Positions 44,418 through 60,948 of a stretch of DNA of 64,000 bases are shown one piece after another. How positions within the stretch are numbered: position 1 is the first letter of the stretch; each line of letters begins with the position of its first letter. Position numbers and translations under genes: made by a program. The notes under the pieces were generated by a model. The model was given only the letters and a program-made list of their open reading frames with translations. It did not search any database and was not told the DNA's origin. Source of the stretch: the human T2T-CHM13v2.0 reference genome, Homo sapiens; assembly GCF_009914755.1 (NCBI RefSeq), contig NC_060925.1; one strand, 5' to 3'.

Positions 44418-46756
44418 AGTTTTTTAGGTAACTTACGCACAAGTCTCCTTGCCTGGAATCTAAGGCACAGCCTTTATATAAAATTCCATTCTACAGTGAA
44501 GGAACAATGAGGATGTTGTAGAAATTAGCTACAAATACTCCTAATTATTTTGTTGCAATATTAATATAAACCGAGATCCAAAATGCTTCAGGAGCAAGAG
44601 AACCAAGTTTATCAAATAATTTAAAATGTGAAGAACCAAGTCAGGCTGCACAGCTTCTCTATTAGTTATAAAACTTTTTTCTGTTTGTTTTATTCTTAGA
44701 GGCTAGTTAACAATGAATACCTTGAATTTCTTTAAGCTCCAAAATTGTTTCTATGCCACGGATGTTGTTTAGTGGAGCACTCAGAAACAAAAAAAGCATG
44801 TTTATATTTGTTTACATATATTTTTATTTTTATAGTCTGTCACTAAATGTTTTTAAGTGCTTTACATACATTAACATTTAACTTGCAACACCCTATGATT
44901 TAGGTACTAAATGCTGAACTTTATTAAACATAAAACAATGTCTTCAAGAAATGTTTATGTCAAATATTTCACAACTAAAAATGATGTAAAAAGCTAAATA
45001 TTTAAAATATATAAAAACAATTGAGACAACTATGTTATGCTATCTCTTAGATATAAAATGCATTATTTGTGAATGGTGGCTAGAATTTGCGTCTATATCT
45101 ATACAGATAGTTCTGACTGGTCAAATTTAGAAGTTTGAATAACATTCTATGTAAGAAAATACTATAAGCTTACACATTATCTTTTGATTGTAAAATAAAT
45201 AAACTTTCACTTCCCATATTCAACTCATCTACTGGTCTAACTTCAAAATAGATCCCAAATCCAAGCATTTCTTCCTTCATATTATGACCCTAGTCCAATT
45301 ACCATTGTCTTTCGTTTCCACTCCAATAGTGCCTCCTAACTGGATTTCCTGGTTTATATTACAGACTCCTACAATCTGTTTTCAATATTATAAAACAGTA
45401 ATCTTTTTAAAACTTAAGACTTTTTTTCACTCTCTTGCTTAAAACTAGTGTTTTTTCTATTCCCCTTAGAACAATATTTGACCTGCAAATGCACACTAAA
45501 ATATTCTGTAAATGAAATCCCAGATGTGTTGGGGCTGGGGTGGAGAGAGCAAGCAGAGTGGGATTATATATGAACAATATTGATCAGAGTTAATAACTGC
45601 TGAACCTGAGTCATAGGTACACGTGGGTTCACGATCTTATCCTCTCTGTATATTTGAACTTTTACATCTCTCCATCCTCATCTCACACCTCTAGGTCTTG
45701 GTCACCATTGCAAATGTATGAGGTGTGTCCCACCCTCAGGGTTCCTACACTTGGCTAGAGTGCTCTTACCTAGCTCTTTTTCATCCCTTCTAACATTTAC
45801 TTGGAGTCCTAATCCCCCCACCTCTTAAAAGTCAACTACAACTTATAGTGTGTTCTCCTCCTTCTTTTAAAAGCTTCCTTTCTTGTTTTAAACTCCATCT
45901 ATTTCATAATTCTTGGCCCAAGGGCCAGCTGGCTTCTTCGACACTTAGTTCCACTCCAGTCTCTAACACAGGCCGAGTTTGCTTCAGCTCTGACTGTTTT
46001 CCAAGGCCATTATCTCCTACTTTTAATTAAGAGCAAAGAGATTACCACCATACTTTCCAACTTACCCCTCTGATCTTTTCTATTCCTCTCTGTCTTACTA
46101 GGAATGTTCTACCTGCTTCCTCTTCTTCGTTTAAAACTAATCTTGGAATTGGCACTGAAGCAGAGTATTGATCTTATCTTAGAAAATGATATAATAACTT
46201 GAGATACAGGAAAACACCAAAATGTAGCAATTAAGAGCAACATATGGGTTTCCCAGGGTGGAGAGCCATGTTTTTTTACACTGTCATCCTTGGGCACAAA
46301 TCTTTTTCACTCAACAGGAACAGGCTTTTCTCAGTTCTTTGCCCTTCAACAACAATAAAATGGGCATGCCGGAAAAAAGTGTTAAGATATGTACTCTACA
46401 AAAACTGTCAAAACAATATCCTTCCATTTAATACAATTAAAGTGCTTAAAATATTAACTCCTATAATTAAGACTACATTCTAAATTGTATCTTAAATGTG
46501 AAATAAAAAGACACACATCATATGATTTACCTCCAAGAAGACAACAGATCTACCTGTTCACTATTGTATTTCCAGCATCTAGCACAGTGTCTATATATAC
46601 TGGACACTCAATATTTGTAGAATGAATAAATCATCTACTAAATTCCTCTCCAAAATCTCTATTGTTGCTAATACTACAGACATGCCACCTTTCCCTTAGC
46701 AGTGCAACTTTAGCAATTTTTAGAAACACGTGAAAAGATCACCTATAGACAAATAC

Positions 46757-46922
46757 CTATGTTCAGATATGCAGGAACGTGTCTGGCAAAAGTCTGAAGT
46801 GGAAGGTGAAGCAGGAAGAGATTTAGTAAGTTTAGACATGCAAACTGGAGACCCATTAGACACACTGTGAGGCTTCTTTTGCGGCTGCCTCGAGTGCACT
46901 ATAAGATTGTCCCAATCAGAAC
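46757..46922 (-). CDS. SSX2IP: SSX2IP coding exon (166 nt)
   Basis: AG/GT boundaries; [19 protein letters not shown]...TRSCISEH; phases 1 and 2 fit neighbours. Confidence 0.95.
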
Positions 46923-47060
46923 CTGTTGTAAAACAAGTAAGAGAAAAAGGCAGTACATATGGTGAGGCATTAAATATAGTGAAGGTAAATCATCAGGATG
47001 ATTCATCTGCGGTTCTGAGTGAGGAAAGAGATGGAACAAATTCAAATTAATTATCATTAA

Positions 47061-47398
<338 letters not shown>

Positions 47399-47427
47399 AA
47401 AAGGATCTAGTTTTAAAAATATTTCTA

Positions 47428-48139
47428 GGCTGGGTGGGGTGGCTCACACCTGTAATCCTAGCACTTTGGGAAGGTGAGGCGGAATGACTGCTTAAGCCAG
47501 GAGTTTGAGACCAGCCTGGGTAGTATAGCGAGGGCTTGTCTCTACAAAAAAGTTTTTAAAATTATCTGGGTATGGTGGTGTGTGCCTATAGTCTCAGCTA
47601 CTCAGGAGGCTGAGGCAAGGAGGATTGCCTGAGCCCAGGACGCTGAGGCTGCAGAGAGCCGAGATGCACTCCAGCCTGGGTGACAGAGCAAGACTACATC
47701 TTGAAAAAAGAAATTCTCAATGTAAATTTTCAAAAACTTCGCATTATTACAAACTCACAACAAAAGTTACTTTGGGCATGCACAGTCCCCCTCCCATCCT
47801 CACTTTCACTACAGTAAATAAAATATTAAAGTTGATTTTTAGGCCAGGCGCAGTGGCTCATGCCTAATCCCAGCACTTTGGGAGGCTGAGATGGGTGGAT
47901 CACCTGAGGTCAGGAGTTCAAGAACAGCCTGGCCAATATGGTAAAAACCCGTCTCTACTAAAAATACAAAAATTAGCCAGGCGTGGTGGCACATGCCTGT
48001 AATCCCAGCTACTCAGGAGGCTGAGACAAGATAATCGCGTGAAGCTGGGAGGCAGAGGTTGCAGTCAGCCAAGGTCACGTCACTGCACTCCAACCTGGGC
48101 GACAGAGCAAGACTCCGTCTCAAAAACAAACAAAAAAAA
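47428..48139 (+). mobile_element. Two Alus (47428-47712 AluJ-like; 47842-48139 AluS)
   Basis: Alu dimers with A-rich tails. Confidence 0.93.
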
Positions 48140-48276
48140 GTTGACTTTTAGTTATAATTAGAGAGCTCTAATTGGTGATTTCCAAAGTTTTGTATTAATA
48201 ATATGTAGTATTTTGTAATATGTAAATAATTTTATTTATATGCATGTTCAAATTAAAGAGTTTATAAAGTACTCAC

Positions 48277-48391
48277 TTCCTGAGAAGGCACTGAAAAGTT
48301 TCACATTTTCTGAGTTCTGGTGGTCAAAGGTAGTCATATTTAGAAACTGCTGCTTTAACCAACTGGCTCTTTCTTCTTCAAATGCCTTTCT
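48277..48391 (-). CDS. SSX2IP: SSX2IP coding exon (115 nt)
   Basis: AG acceptor, GTGAGT donor; [38 protein letters not shown]. Confidence 0.95.
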
Positions 48392-48544
48392 CTACCATAA
48401 ACAGCCAAAGAAATAATGATCAATATTTCAACATCCACACAGTTGCCATTTCACATGATTGCTCTAGCTATCTTTGTTTGCTCTCTGGCTATCTATTCGT
48501 ACTTCTTATGTCAAATGAGTTAACCTAAAAAACTAAAAATAATT

Positions 48545-49450
<906 letters not shown>

Positions 49451-50199
49451 AGAAAAATTTCACTTACGAAAAAATTATGTTTAAAAAATAGAAATTCATC
49501 TGTTTCACCTAATAAACCAACCATCACTGTCTTCATATCAATTTTAAGTTCAAATAAACAATGCAAAAAATGGAACAGAATATTAGCATAACTTTTGAAC
49601 ATACAAAACATTATAAAGTTACAAACAAAAGAAAAATAATCTATATTGTAAATTAGTCACTTGAAAAACAGGACCTATGACTTCATCAAGCATTTCTCTC
49701 ATCCTCTAGCCATCTACCAGTACTGGTAGCCACCACCACTAAACCACAAGAGGGCATAGGCAAATTATGTCAAACCTCCCCCTTCTGAATAGCTGATGAA
49801 TCCTAAACTAAATTCTCCATCAGCCCTCAGGTCTTGCATGCCTCCCTCCCATCCCTCACTATGCCCACTGTCCCAGTGACCAGACGGAGAAAAATTCTCT
49901 TGCAGGGAAAGGCACCTGGCAACTGGGAGCAATATGCAAAGTAGCAAGAGTAATTACTCTCTTGGAGTAATGTGGGGAATAAGGGCTTGGAAACAGGTAG
50001 GAGACAATGCTGGTCAAGTGTTGTTCCCTGAAGATAGCTACTGATGAAACAGACGTTCACACTGTGAACTGAGGAAATCCACGTCAGCTACTGAAAACAA
50101 GCAACACACAGTCTTTCATTCATAAATATTGATACAGAATCACGCATCACCAAACATTGAGAAAACTAATATAGAAAAAAGGTCAAGATAAATAGAAAA

Positions 50200-51100
50200 C
50201 TGACCATGGATAAGAGATAATTCAACAGATGAAAGAAATCTTTTTTAAAAATGTAACAAATATTATCAGACAGATTAATAAACATCTGTAAAATACCATC
50301 ATGCTATATAAAGAAAAGCAAAAATTAAGGACATTAGAAAAATTTAAAGATAAATTCTGAAGCAAAGACTCAGTGGCTAAAGCAAATAATAAAACTGACC
50401 CTGAAAGGCCAGTTTCGTGATCTCTAAGATAAAGGTAAGAGAATATCCCAGAATTGAGAACAAAAGTCAACCTGTAGATATATATTCAGAAGGCCAAATG
50501 TGTGTCTAACAAAAGTTCCAGAACACAGAGAAGTCAAAGAAGGAAAAAATAAAGAAGAAAATTTCCCTAAATTAAAGAAATACAGAATCTTTAGGATGAA
50601 AGGAACTCTCTAGAAGTATCCTGGTAAAATTTCCAAACTTTAAGAAAATACCAAAGCTTCCACAGAGGGAGATAGAAAACAAAACACAGTTATCTACAAA
50701 GTAACACAGGTATATTACAATCAGGCTTCTCATCAGTAAAACTAAACACTAGGAGAAATGGAATAATTCAAAGTTTTGAAGGAAAAAAAACTGGAATCTA
50801 AATTCTATACACAGCCAAACCAATCAAGTATGAATATATTTTTGACTATTCCAGAATTCAGAATGTTTACAGCTCATGCACTATTTATAAAAAAAAAATT
50901 ACTCAAGAATTAGTAATTACTCAATTACTAATATAGCGAATTGAACAGAAACCCAAGAAAGACAGTAACATGAGATATGAGCAACATGGCAGCTGAAATC
51001 TGATTCAGGAAATCACAAAGGAAGCTACAGAGAAAAAGAATTCACTAGATAGTGATATATCTCTCTGGGTGGCAAAGTCTTAATAATACAGAATATTTTC
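50200..51100 (+). mobile_element. Old L1 fragment (ORF1 region-like), highly decayed
   Basis: A-rich strand with L1-like motifs (GAAAATTTCCCTAAATTAAAGAAA, CTGGTAAAATTTC, TTCTATACACAGCCAAAC). Boundaries approximate. Confidence 0.5.
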
Positions 51101-52228
51101 TGTGTCCAAACATATTTGGTTATAGAATAACATTTACATAATTGTAGTATTATCAATTTTCTTTCCTGGTTTTCCAACTTTTAAGTCTCAAGTTTAGACA
51201 AAGTACTTATACCTGGATTGTATTAGAGGACAAACTATGAATGTGATAACAATGAAAAATAATATCACAAAAATTGCAAAGTAGTACAGCAAGAGAGGTA
51301 GAACAAGAGTAACAACAAGAAAGTCCTCAGCTTTCACTGCAGGGATGAACTGATACTGACTGAAGTTGAACAAACATGAAATGGAAGCTTTTTATTATTT
51401 CCTTAAAGCAAAAAAAAGGCAAGCAGACGAACAAGAGGAACAATATTATGAAGACATGAGATGTGAATGAGGAAGGGTGTAGGTAGGAGGTACAATAAGG
51501 ACACAGAATTCCTTCTCTTTCATAGCAGGGAATCAATGAACTGATAAACAAGAAAACTTGAAATACATTAAAAGTTAAAATAGTACTTCCTAGAAGAATT
51601 TCCAACAGATACTTTTTAACAGCAGTTACCTCTAAGGAATGAAACTGAGGATGAGAAAGGAGGATACTTTCTTACTTTGTAGCTTTTTTTAATGAGTTTT
51701 GTTGATTTTTTTTTTTTAACCTTATTCAGACATTACTGCTACAATTTTTGAAGGGGGAATATGTAGATGACACATTGCTAAGTAAAAAAAGCAAGCTGTA
51801 GAGCGTATATATAACAATGATGGACTGGGGAGAAGAGAACTTAATTTTTTATTATACTTCCTTTTTAAACAGCAAATATAGTCTTGGTTGCACTGTCTTC
51901 TGACACCACACCTACTGACCGTGGATGAATGATGGATACCCAAAAGAGATTTCTTGTGTAAAACACTTAGCAGGAGAAAGCCAATCTGAAAGCAGTAATA
52001 AATGCTTATAGCGTTTTTTTTTCTTAAGTTCAATTCTCAAATCTGGTAAGGGGAAATGATCCCATTCTATATGCTCAGCCTCCCTCTCATTTCAAATTAT
52101 TTGTGAGATCACCAGTAAATATTTTAGAAAATAAGTAAATAGCAAGAAAAAAAGGAGACCTTAGAAGCATTCTACTGAGGCCCACCCACCCCCAGTATTT
52201 TCAAAAGCACTACAATTGTTTAAAATAC

Positions 52229-52402
52229 CTCCAATCCCAGGCGAATAGCGGCTTCTGTAAAGCTTCGTCTCTCCCTCTCAAAATTCTTTTTCTGCTCTTT
52301 AAAAAGGGACCATTCTTCTTTGAGACGTTCCTTTTCTTCCAACAAATAACAGTCTCGTAATAGTGAAGTGGTATCATCATCATATGCAGTAGCGAGCTGC
52401 TG
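52229..52402 (-). CDS. SSX2IP: SSX2IP coding exon (174 nt)
   Basis: tAG|CAGCAG acceptor, GT donor; [31 protein letters not shown]...AAIRLGLE. Confidence 0.95.
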
Positions 52403-52744
52403 CTATTAAAATTTAAAACATAGTAAGTTCCTGAGGGACCTTGCGACACTCCAACGAGTTGAAATGAAAGCAAGGGAAGGCCAGTCAAACTTCAGGGCAG
52501 GAATAGAAATTATTAAGAATCAAAAAGTCAAATGAGAATTCTCATTTCCCGAAACCTACTACCCCAACTAGCAAAGTATGGACTATTTAAGGAGTGGTAC
52601 ACAATGTATCTGTTAGCAGGGAACACAGACTAGAAATCTGTCAAATACCAGGGCCTTATGAAATAAAGGAATACAAATCTGGTAAGGTTCAGCACAATTC
52701 TGGCTTTTCATGGAGAACAGCTTTAAAAGGTAATTCATATTCAC

Positions 52745-52881
52745 CTGTAAAAGCTGTTGCTGAGTTTTAATCATTTCTTTACACTGCTGAATTTCTAACT
52801 CGAGTTTTTCAGTTTCTTGTTCATGGTCTTGTCGTGAGATTACATCTTCATCATTAAAACCTTCCAGGTGTACCTTTGAAA
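52745..52881 (-). CDS. SSX2IP: SSX2IP coding exon (137 nt)
   Basis: AG/GT boundaries; [45 protein letters not shown]. Confidence 0.95.
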
Positions 52882-53978
52882 CTAAGACAAAATCAGTAAG
52901 TTGACATAGGTCTTATAGCCACCACTTAGTTTACAGTGTTTTGCACATATCTTTAAAACAAGGGCTCTCAGAACTTTTATCTTTCTAGAATTTTATAGGT
53001 TTTCTAAAAAGTAGTTACGTCCTTTGACTTTTTAAAATTTCATAAGCTATAACAAAATTAAATTTATATTATTTTAACATTATAAAAAATGTTTAAGCAA
53101 AGCAACTACAGGAGTTCATGACGACAATTACACATTTGTGCAATTTTAAGACTAAATGATATGCTTACAAACAGAGCTCTATTGCCAACAATTTGTAATC
53201 CATATTTATTCATGATTATGTCCTAATTAAAAACAGACAAAATGGCCATATTCAGAGAAGAGAAAAATAAAATCATGTTTTTGTTGACACTGCTTCAAAG
53301 ATCAATGAAGTGTCACAAATCTTGCTCTCAAATATTAAATTCAACAAATACGAAGTCCAAACATACTTGCTATTTGATAATAAACAGCATTGACTCAAAT
53401 GAACAAAATCTCATGTAGATTCATTTTGGTGCTGTAATAATAATTTTGCTGATTGCTCTTTACTAATACTTAACACAATGGCACTGAGTTCATATTTTGA
53501 CAATTTAAATTTTTCTTTAAATAGGCTTCATTTACTGAGCAGAAATCTTCATTTTCCTAGTTTAAAAGCATTCAAACTTTACCAAGCAGAAAATATTAAG
53601 AATATATTCATCAATGTAGAGCTATGTATAAGGATAATAGTTAAGTGAAAAAAGCACACTAAAGAAAAATATAGGTAATATTCAATTTTTAAAATTTAAA
53701 AAAAAGTAAGTATCTTTCAAATCCATAGAGGAAAGTATAGAAAAATATGCACCAAACTGTTAAGTGTTATATGTATGGAATAGAGACCAGGATATTCTAC
53801 TTTATATACTTCCAAATTAATATTTTGCATTAAACATCTATTATTTTAAAAATAATTTTAAGTGAATTACTAGGAACATAGTAATCTGCAAGCATCTAGA
53901 AATAAGCAAAATGTTCCTATCTATACTACGATAAATATTTCTTGATTTTTGAGAGTCAGTAAAAGAGACTCAGTTTTC

Positions 53979-54105
53979 TCTTTTTGGGGGGGAACAGGTG
54001 GTGTTTGGTTACATGAATAAGATCTTTAGTGGTGATTTCTGAGATTTTGGTGCACCCATCACCCAAGCAGTGTACACTACACCCAATGTGTAGTCTTTTA
54101 TCCCA
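53979..54105 (-). mobile_element. Very short 5'-truncated L1 3' end
   Basis: L1PB-like terminal sequence flanked by an ACTCAGTT(T/A)TC duplication. Confidence 0.7.
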
Positions 54106-54247
54106 ACTCAGTTATCTTTATTTGATTGTATACTGCATCCAGAGCAGATGGATCCATGATGTCCTCTTTTCAAACATTCACTCTGAGACCAAAGTGTATT
54201 TTTCTCAGTGAGGTTCAAACCTCACATCTAAATGTATGTAAAATGTC

Positions 54248-54560
54248 GGCTGTGCACAGTGGCTCACACGTGTAATCCAGACACTCTGGGGAGGCCAAGG
54301 CAGGTGAATCACTTGAGGCCAGGAGTTCAAGATAAGCCTGGCCAACACAGCAAAACCCCATCTCTACTAAAAACACACCAAAAAATTAGCTGGCTATGAT
54401 GTGCGCCTATAGTCCTAGCTGCTCAGCAGGCTGAGGCAGGAGAAATAACTTGAACCTGGGAGGCGGAGGTTACAGTGAGCCGAGATGGCACCACTACACT
54501 CTAGCCTGGGTGACCGAGCAAGGTTCTGTCTCGAAAAGTAAAATAAAATAAAATAAAATG
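54248..54560 (+). mobile_element. AluS
   Basis: Dimer with (TAAAA)n tail. Confidence 0.93.
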
Positions 54561-54714
54561 AAAAAATAAATGTATGCAAAATCTTGCTTTCAAACCACCA
54601 AACTGAAGTATAGTACTTTAGCTCTGAGCCTATAATGCGGCTTTCTAAGTGACTAAAAATCAACACCTTACCAAATGTCACAACTCACTTTACATGCATA
54701 GAAGCAGTGGTTAC

Positions 54715-54865
54715 CTTGGTTATCAAGCTTTTCTACATGACTTTTCAAAATTCTCCACTGTTTTCTGATGCTGTTTGTAAGCTGCTCTCTCACAGTTTCA
54801 CAGGAAAGGTCCCACATACTCTCTCTGCTTAGTTCCCCGGCATCTTCTTCAACATCGGAAATAAC
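54715..54865 (-). CDS. SSX2IP: SSX2IP coding exon (151 nt)
   Basis: AG acceptor, GTAACC donor; [50 protein letters not shown]. Confidence 0.95.
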
Positions 54866-55911
54866 CTACAAGCGGAGAGAGATGAAGAGGAAAGGCTAGT
54901 ACCTTACAATGGCTTTAGATGCTCAGGCAAGTAGTCTTCAGTTTGATTACCAGAGGAAGCCACATCAAAATCATTTCTGTGCTGTGTCTTATGCATATAT
55001 GGCCCAGTATTTAAATGTCTTGAGAAAAAAAATGAGACTCCTAAATTCAGCTCTCTCTAAACCTGAATTTGAATCCAAATACAGTTAATGACAAGAGTCA
55101 TGAAGCTGTCTGAGAAGGAGATATCACTACCTGTCTAATGTGTTGGATGTTTTCACGTTATTTAACCCTCAGCTCATTACAATGTGGGAAAACCGAGGTT
55201 TAGAGAAGCAGCATTACAACTAAGAGGCAGAACTGATATTTGACATTAGATCAACTTGTTTCTAATCCTAGGCTGCTTAAAGAAATGCACTTGTGAAATA
55301 ATCTCTGAAGTATTTAATAAAAGCAACTGTTAATTCTATTTTCCTCATATACTTTTTTATATAACGGGAGATACTTTTCTTTGTATTCTGCCAAAACATG
55401 AAATCATAAAGAAGTAGCAAACTTTACTGATATATGATCACACAGAATCAAAGCAGGATAAAGAACATGGGGAAACAATACTAAAAGGGATATATGTCAT
55501 AATAACCCACATCTACATAAAGTAGTTCTAATTTGTCATTAATATTCAGGAAGGCAGAGAGATATACTTCACTAATTTGAACAATAAAAATCTTGCTAGG
55601 GAAAAAAGAAAGATAAAAGATGAAAAGAAAGAAGGGCTGATTCGACTGCTCGCACATGGAGATCAGCAGGATGAGGGAGCAACTGAGTCTGAAGAACTCT
55701 ATCAGTAGTTGAGGTCAGCAATGGGCTAGCAGAGGTCAGGGTCTCTGAGGCGGAGCAGACAGGGGAATGGCCCAGGATCCGGCTCATGGTGATTCTAGCC
55801 CCTGCCAATACTCAAAAGCTACTTGCCAGTAACTCTTCCAAGGAAGCACAACTTCTCTTCTGAACATTTTAAAGCCTATTAGAATACTACCAATCTGTTA
55901 GAAAAATTATT

Positions 55912-57485
<1,574 letters not shown>

Positions 57486-58593
57486 TTTAGGTAATTTTTT
57501 TTTTTAAATGTTAAGGAGAAAAAAAGGTAAGTGCTGGGATGGGCTTATCAGCTGGACTGATTTGTGATACCACAAAATAAATAATCCTCAAATACAGGTT
57601 TAAAAAACAAGTTCTGGTATCTTGCTGTTAACTAGCATTTTCCATCAACATTATTTTCAGATTTTTATCACTAATGTGAACTTGCTGAAACCTAAGATTT
57701 TAACTTATACGTAAAGCAATTAAGTAAAATGAACTTTTCACCATTATGTGATTTTTTTTTCAGATCTCTGCATATATTACTCCCATTCTCTGGAATGCTT
57801 TCTCCATGTTTTTTTTTTTAACCTCAAAAATACTTATTTTCTAAGAAGCAGTGAAAATGTCACTTTCTCTGTGATGCCTTGATTGCCATAACTATTCTGT
57901 TCTGCACATTGTACCACCTTATTACAGCACCTAACACATGTAATAATCACTTCTCCACGTCTGTCTTTCCCAAAAAGAGCTTCTTGAGGGAAAAAGTCAA
58001 AATCTTTTTAGCCTTTCCTTTCCAGAGACTAGAACATAAAGAACACCCAATAAATTTATATTTGTTTCCCAAAGTTAACAGAAGTTTCACTCTGTGAAAA
58101 GTAGAGTACATAATACTAAAACAACTGAAAGGATATTTGACATAGTGGTTATGATTGTGAGCTCTGGAGTGAGAAACTTGGATTCAAATCCTAGCACTGT
58201 CATGTGTGATACTGGGCTACTAAATATTATGCCTTAGTTTCCTTATCTATAAAATGGGGATATTTATAGTATCTAAATCATCAAATTATAATATATGAAA
58301 TAATCTCATATGTTATGAGGAATATTATAAAATGAGACAATGCTTATAAAGCACTTCTTAACAGTGCTTGACATGTATTAATTCCCCGGAAAATCATCTC
58401 CAGCATTTTTCAGGAAATGTCTGAAAACACATAGGAACAGTCTTTTCAGTTGTCACAGTAATTGAAAGTAGCATAGCAGTTGAGTGTCCTATTCAAAATA
58501 CCAATAGTGTCCCCATTGAGAATGCCTACCACATATTTTAATTATTCTTATTAGCAATCTGAAGACTGTATTAGAGAGGAAAGAGCCACTTAC

Positions 58594-58771
58594 AGTTCCT
58601 GTACTATCATCTACTCTTTCTCTAGGTTTCTTCTTTTGGGGAGAAAGAAGAGAAATCATTTCCTTTTTCATTTGTTGAAGAACCTTCTTAAGTTCTGCAT
58701 TTTCCATTAGGATTTGTTTCTGACGATATTCATAATCATTCAAGAGAATTTTATACATTTCATCTTCATTC
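58594..58771 (-). CDS. SSX2IP: SSX2IP coding exon (178 nt)
   Basis: ctttctcAG acceptor, GTAAGT donor; [59 protein letters not shown] (coiled coil). Confidence 0.96.
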
Positions 58772-58850
58772 CTGAGAAAGAAACTGTCAGTATGAAAATG
58801 CAGGATAGAAGGAAGTCTGATTACATTTATCAATTTAAACTGGACTTTAC

Positions 58851-58926
58851 CTGGCTTCAGTTTTACCAGTCCTCCAGGAGCCTCTTTTTCCATCAGCTCT
58901 CCCGACATAATTCAAAATGTCCATAG
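58851..58926 (-). CDS. SSX2IP: SSX2IP coding exon (76 nt)
   Basis: AG acceptor, GTAAAG donor; (A)[24 protein letters not shown](R). Confidence 0.95.
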
Positions 58927-59288
58927 CTACAAACATGAACACATAAAATTAATTCTTACCATACATGCTTAAGCATCTAAAACTCTAATGCACTCTATAC
59001 ACGTAAGTGGTGAAAGTGAACCTGGTATATAGGTTAGGATTTGGGCTTAAACAGCCTAATTTTCGAGTTTCTAGTTCCACCACTTGTAAGCAATGAGATC
59101 TCGGCACATTATTTAACTGCTTAGCCTGTTTCTTCTTGGACACTGGGAATAACAAAAGTATCTACCAAAGAGTTGTTGAGAAGACAAAGAAATAACTATT
59201 AAAGCACCCAACACAGTAGAGTGAACACAGTATCTGGCGCACAGTAAGTACTTAATAAATGTTACCTTATCATTATTAATTTCATTAT

Positions 59289-59504
59289 CAGGGTTGCCTG
59301 ATAATGGCCCACAGGCTGGCTGCCTGATTTTGTAAATAAAGCTTTATGGGAACACAGCCACATCTACTTGTTTATATACTGCCTATGGCTACTTTTCTTG
59401 TTACAATGGCAGAGATAAGTAGGTGCAACAAATAAGTTGTAGATCCCATAAAGCTGAAAATGTTTACTATATGGATCTATACAGAAAAAGTTTGCCATGT
59501 CCTG
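59289..59504 (+). mobile_element. MER58-like hAT MITE
   Basis: CAGGGTTG...TTTGTAAATAAAGCTTTATGGGAACACAGCCAC...GAAAAAGTTTGCCATGTCCTG. Confidence 0.8.
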
Positions 59505-60812
59505 TTAACATTAACATCATCATTTTCATCAAAGGAGTCAAAGCCCCTGATAGTAGTAATATCTTCTGCTGCAGGTGGACATGGAAACATTTGGCGTAAA
59601 AAGGAAAAAGAGTAAATTATTATAATCTTAGAGTTAATAAAATCATTATGAAACTGTCACTTCCGATTGGACCAGGAAACAGCCAGACCGCTATAATGGA
59701 AGAGCTCTGTTTCCAGAACTAAATCCTTAATAAACTTCTCTGTGTTACACTTTATACTTTCAGCATTTCATCCTGCTTTTTAATTTTTTTCCTTCATGAA
59801 TGAATATGAGGCTAACTAAACTTAAAAACCAATGATTCTCCAAATGAGTAAGATTAACTCAGGATACCTAAAGATTTCCAATCTTAACGGCGCATTACTG
59901 AATCTTCATTTCTATTTTTCAACAATTTAAAAAATAAAGTATTCAGATACCTCCAACAGCTCTGCTGCAGAATGACAGTGATGTAGTCAACACTAAACTG
60001 CTTGCTGACAGCAGGCAGAGTCTACCACATGACAGCCTGAAACGTACGCTCATCGCCTGTTTTTCAAATCTAAGGTAAGACAGTTTAGGGGTGTCACGGT
60101 ATAATGTATGTTAGAGGACTACCTATAGTCACTAGGAAACCACTCTTCAATAAATAAATACACACACTTCTTGTGCCTCGTATTTATACCAGGCCAGCAA
60201 AACTGTATTGTAAAGCTCTACTTTCGTGTTTCTTTGCTTTTTAATTTACACTATCTACTTGAAATTATCCACATATTTGGATGAAATGGCTTAAAGTTTT
60301 GAAAAAGACTACTATTAGGAAAAAAGTATACCTTAGACACACACACGCCTAACTTTTATAGTCCATCCTTTTGACTAGCTGCTCCAAAAATGTACAGCTA
60401 AACTTATTTAAAGGAACTCAAACTGACATGAACGATTTGGTCTGATGAAAAATTTTATGAGGTTTACTCTAAAATACTTCTTTTGATACTCAGAAACTGA
60501 CACTGATTTTTAATATTATCAGTTCTTTGCTATGGAAAATTAGAATGTCCTCTGGCTTAGTCTTCCTCTATGGATTAATTCTACACTGGTCATGTTAAAA
60601 AATACATGCAATTAAATAAAGCAAGGCAGAATGACTTACTTTCCACTAACCAGTTGTCTACATTTTTTATATAAACAAACACCACTGAAAATCAATTGTA
60701 TAAAGCATGAAAATAACATTTCGTGAGTTACTGTGTTCAATCCTTTTACAATTATTTCTAAGCATAGTATTAGCTTATTTATTCTCTTAGCTGATCTTTG
60801 CCAGCTGTTTAC

Positions 60813-60948
60813 CTATTTTCTTATCTTTCTTGTTCATAACAAGTTGATGTAGACGTTCCTTCAGTTTATTATATTCACGCTCTTTTCTCTTCATATCATG
60901 ATTATACTGAGTAGCTCGACTTGCAATGATATTTTGTAATTTTTGCAC
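60813..60948 (-). CDS. SSX2IP: SSX2IP coding exon (136 nt)
   Basis: tttttcAG acceptor, GTAAAC donor; [45 protein letters not shown]. Confidence 0.96.

Noticed and set aside
50909-50932. 10-bp perfect inverted repeat ATTAGTAATT/AATTACTAAT
   Set aside because: Short and AT-rich inside a decayed L1, so compatible with chance or local slippage.
58489-58908. 139-aa ORF as a single exon
   Set aside because: Only 58594-58771 is in the SSX2IP frame; the rest is intron or the 76-nt exon read in the wrong frame.
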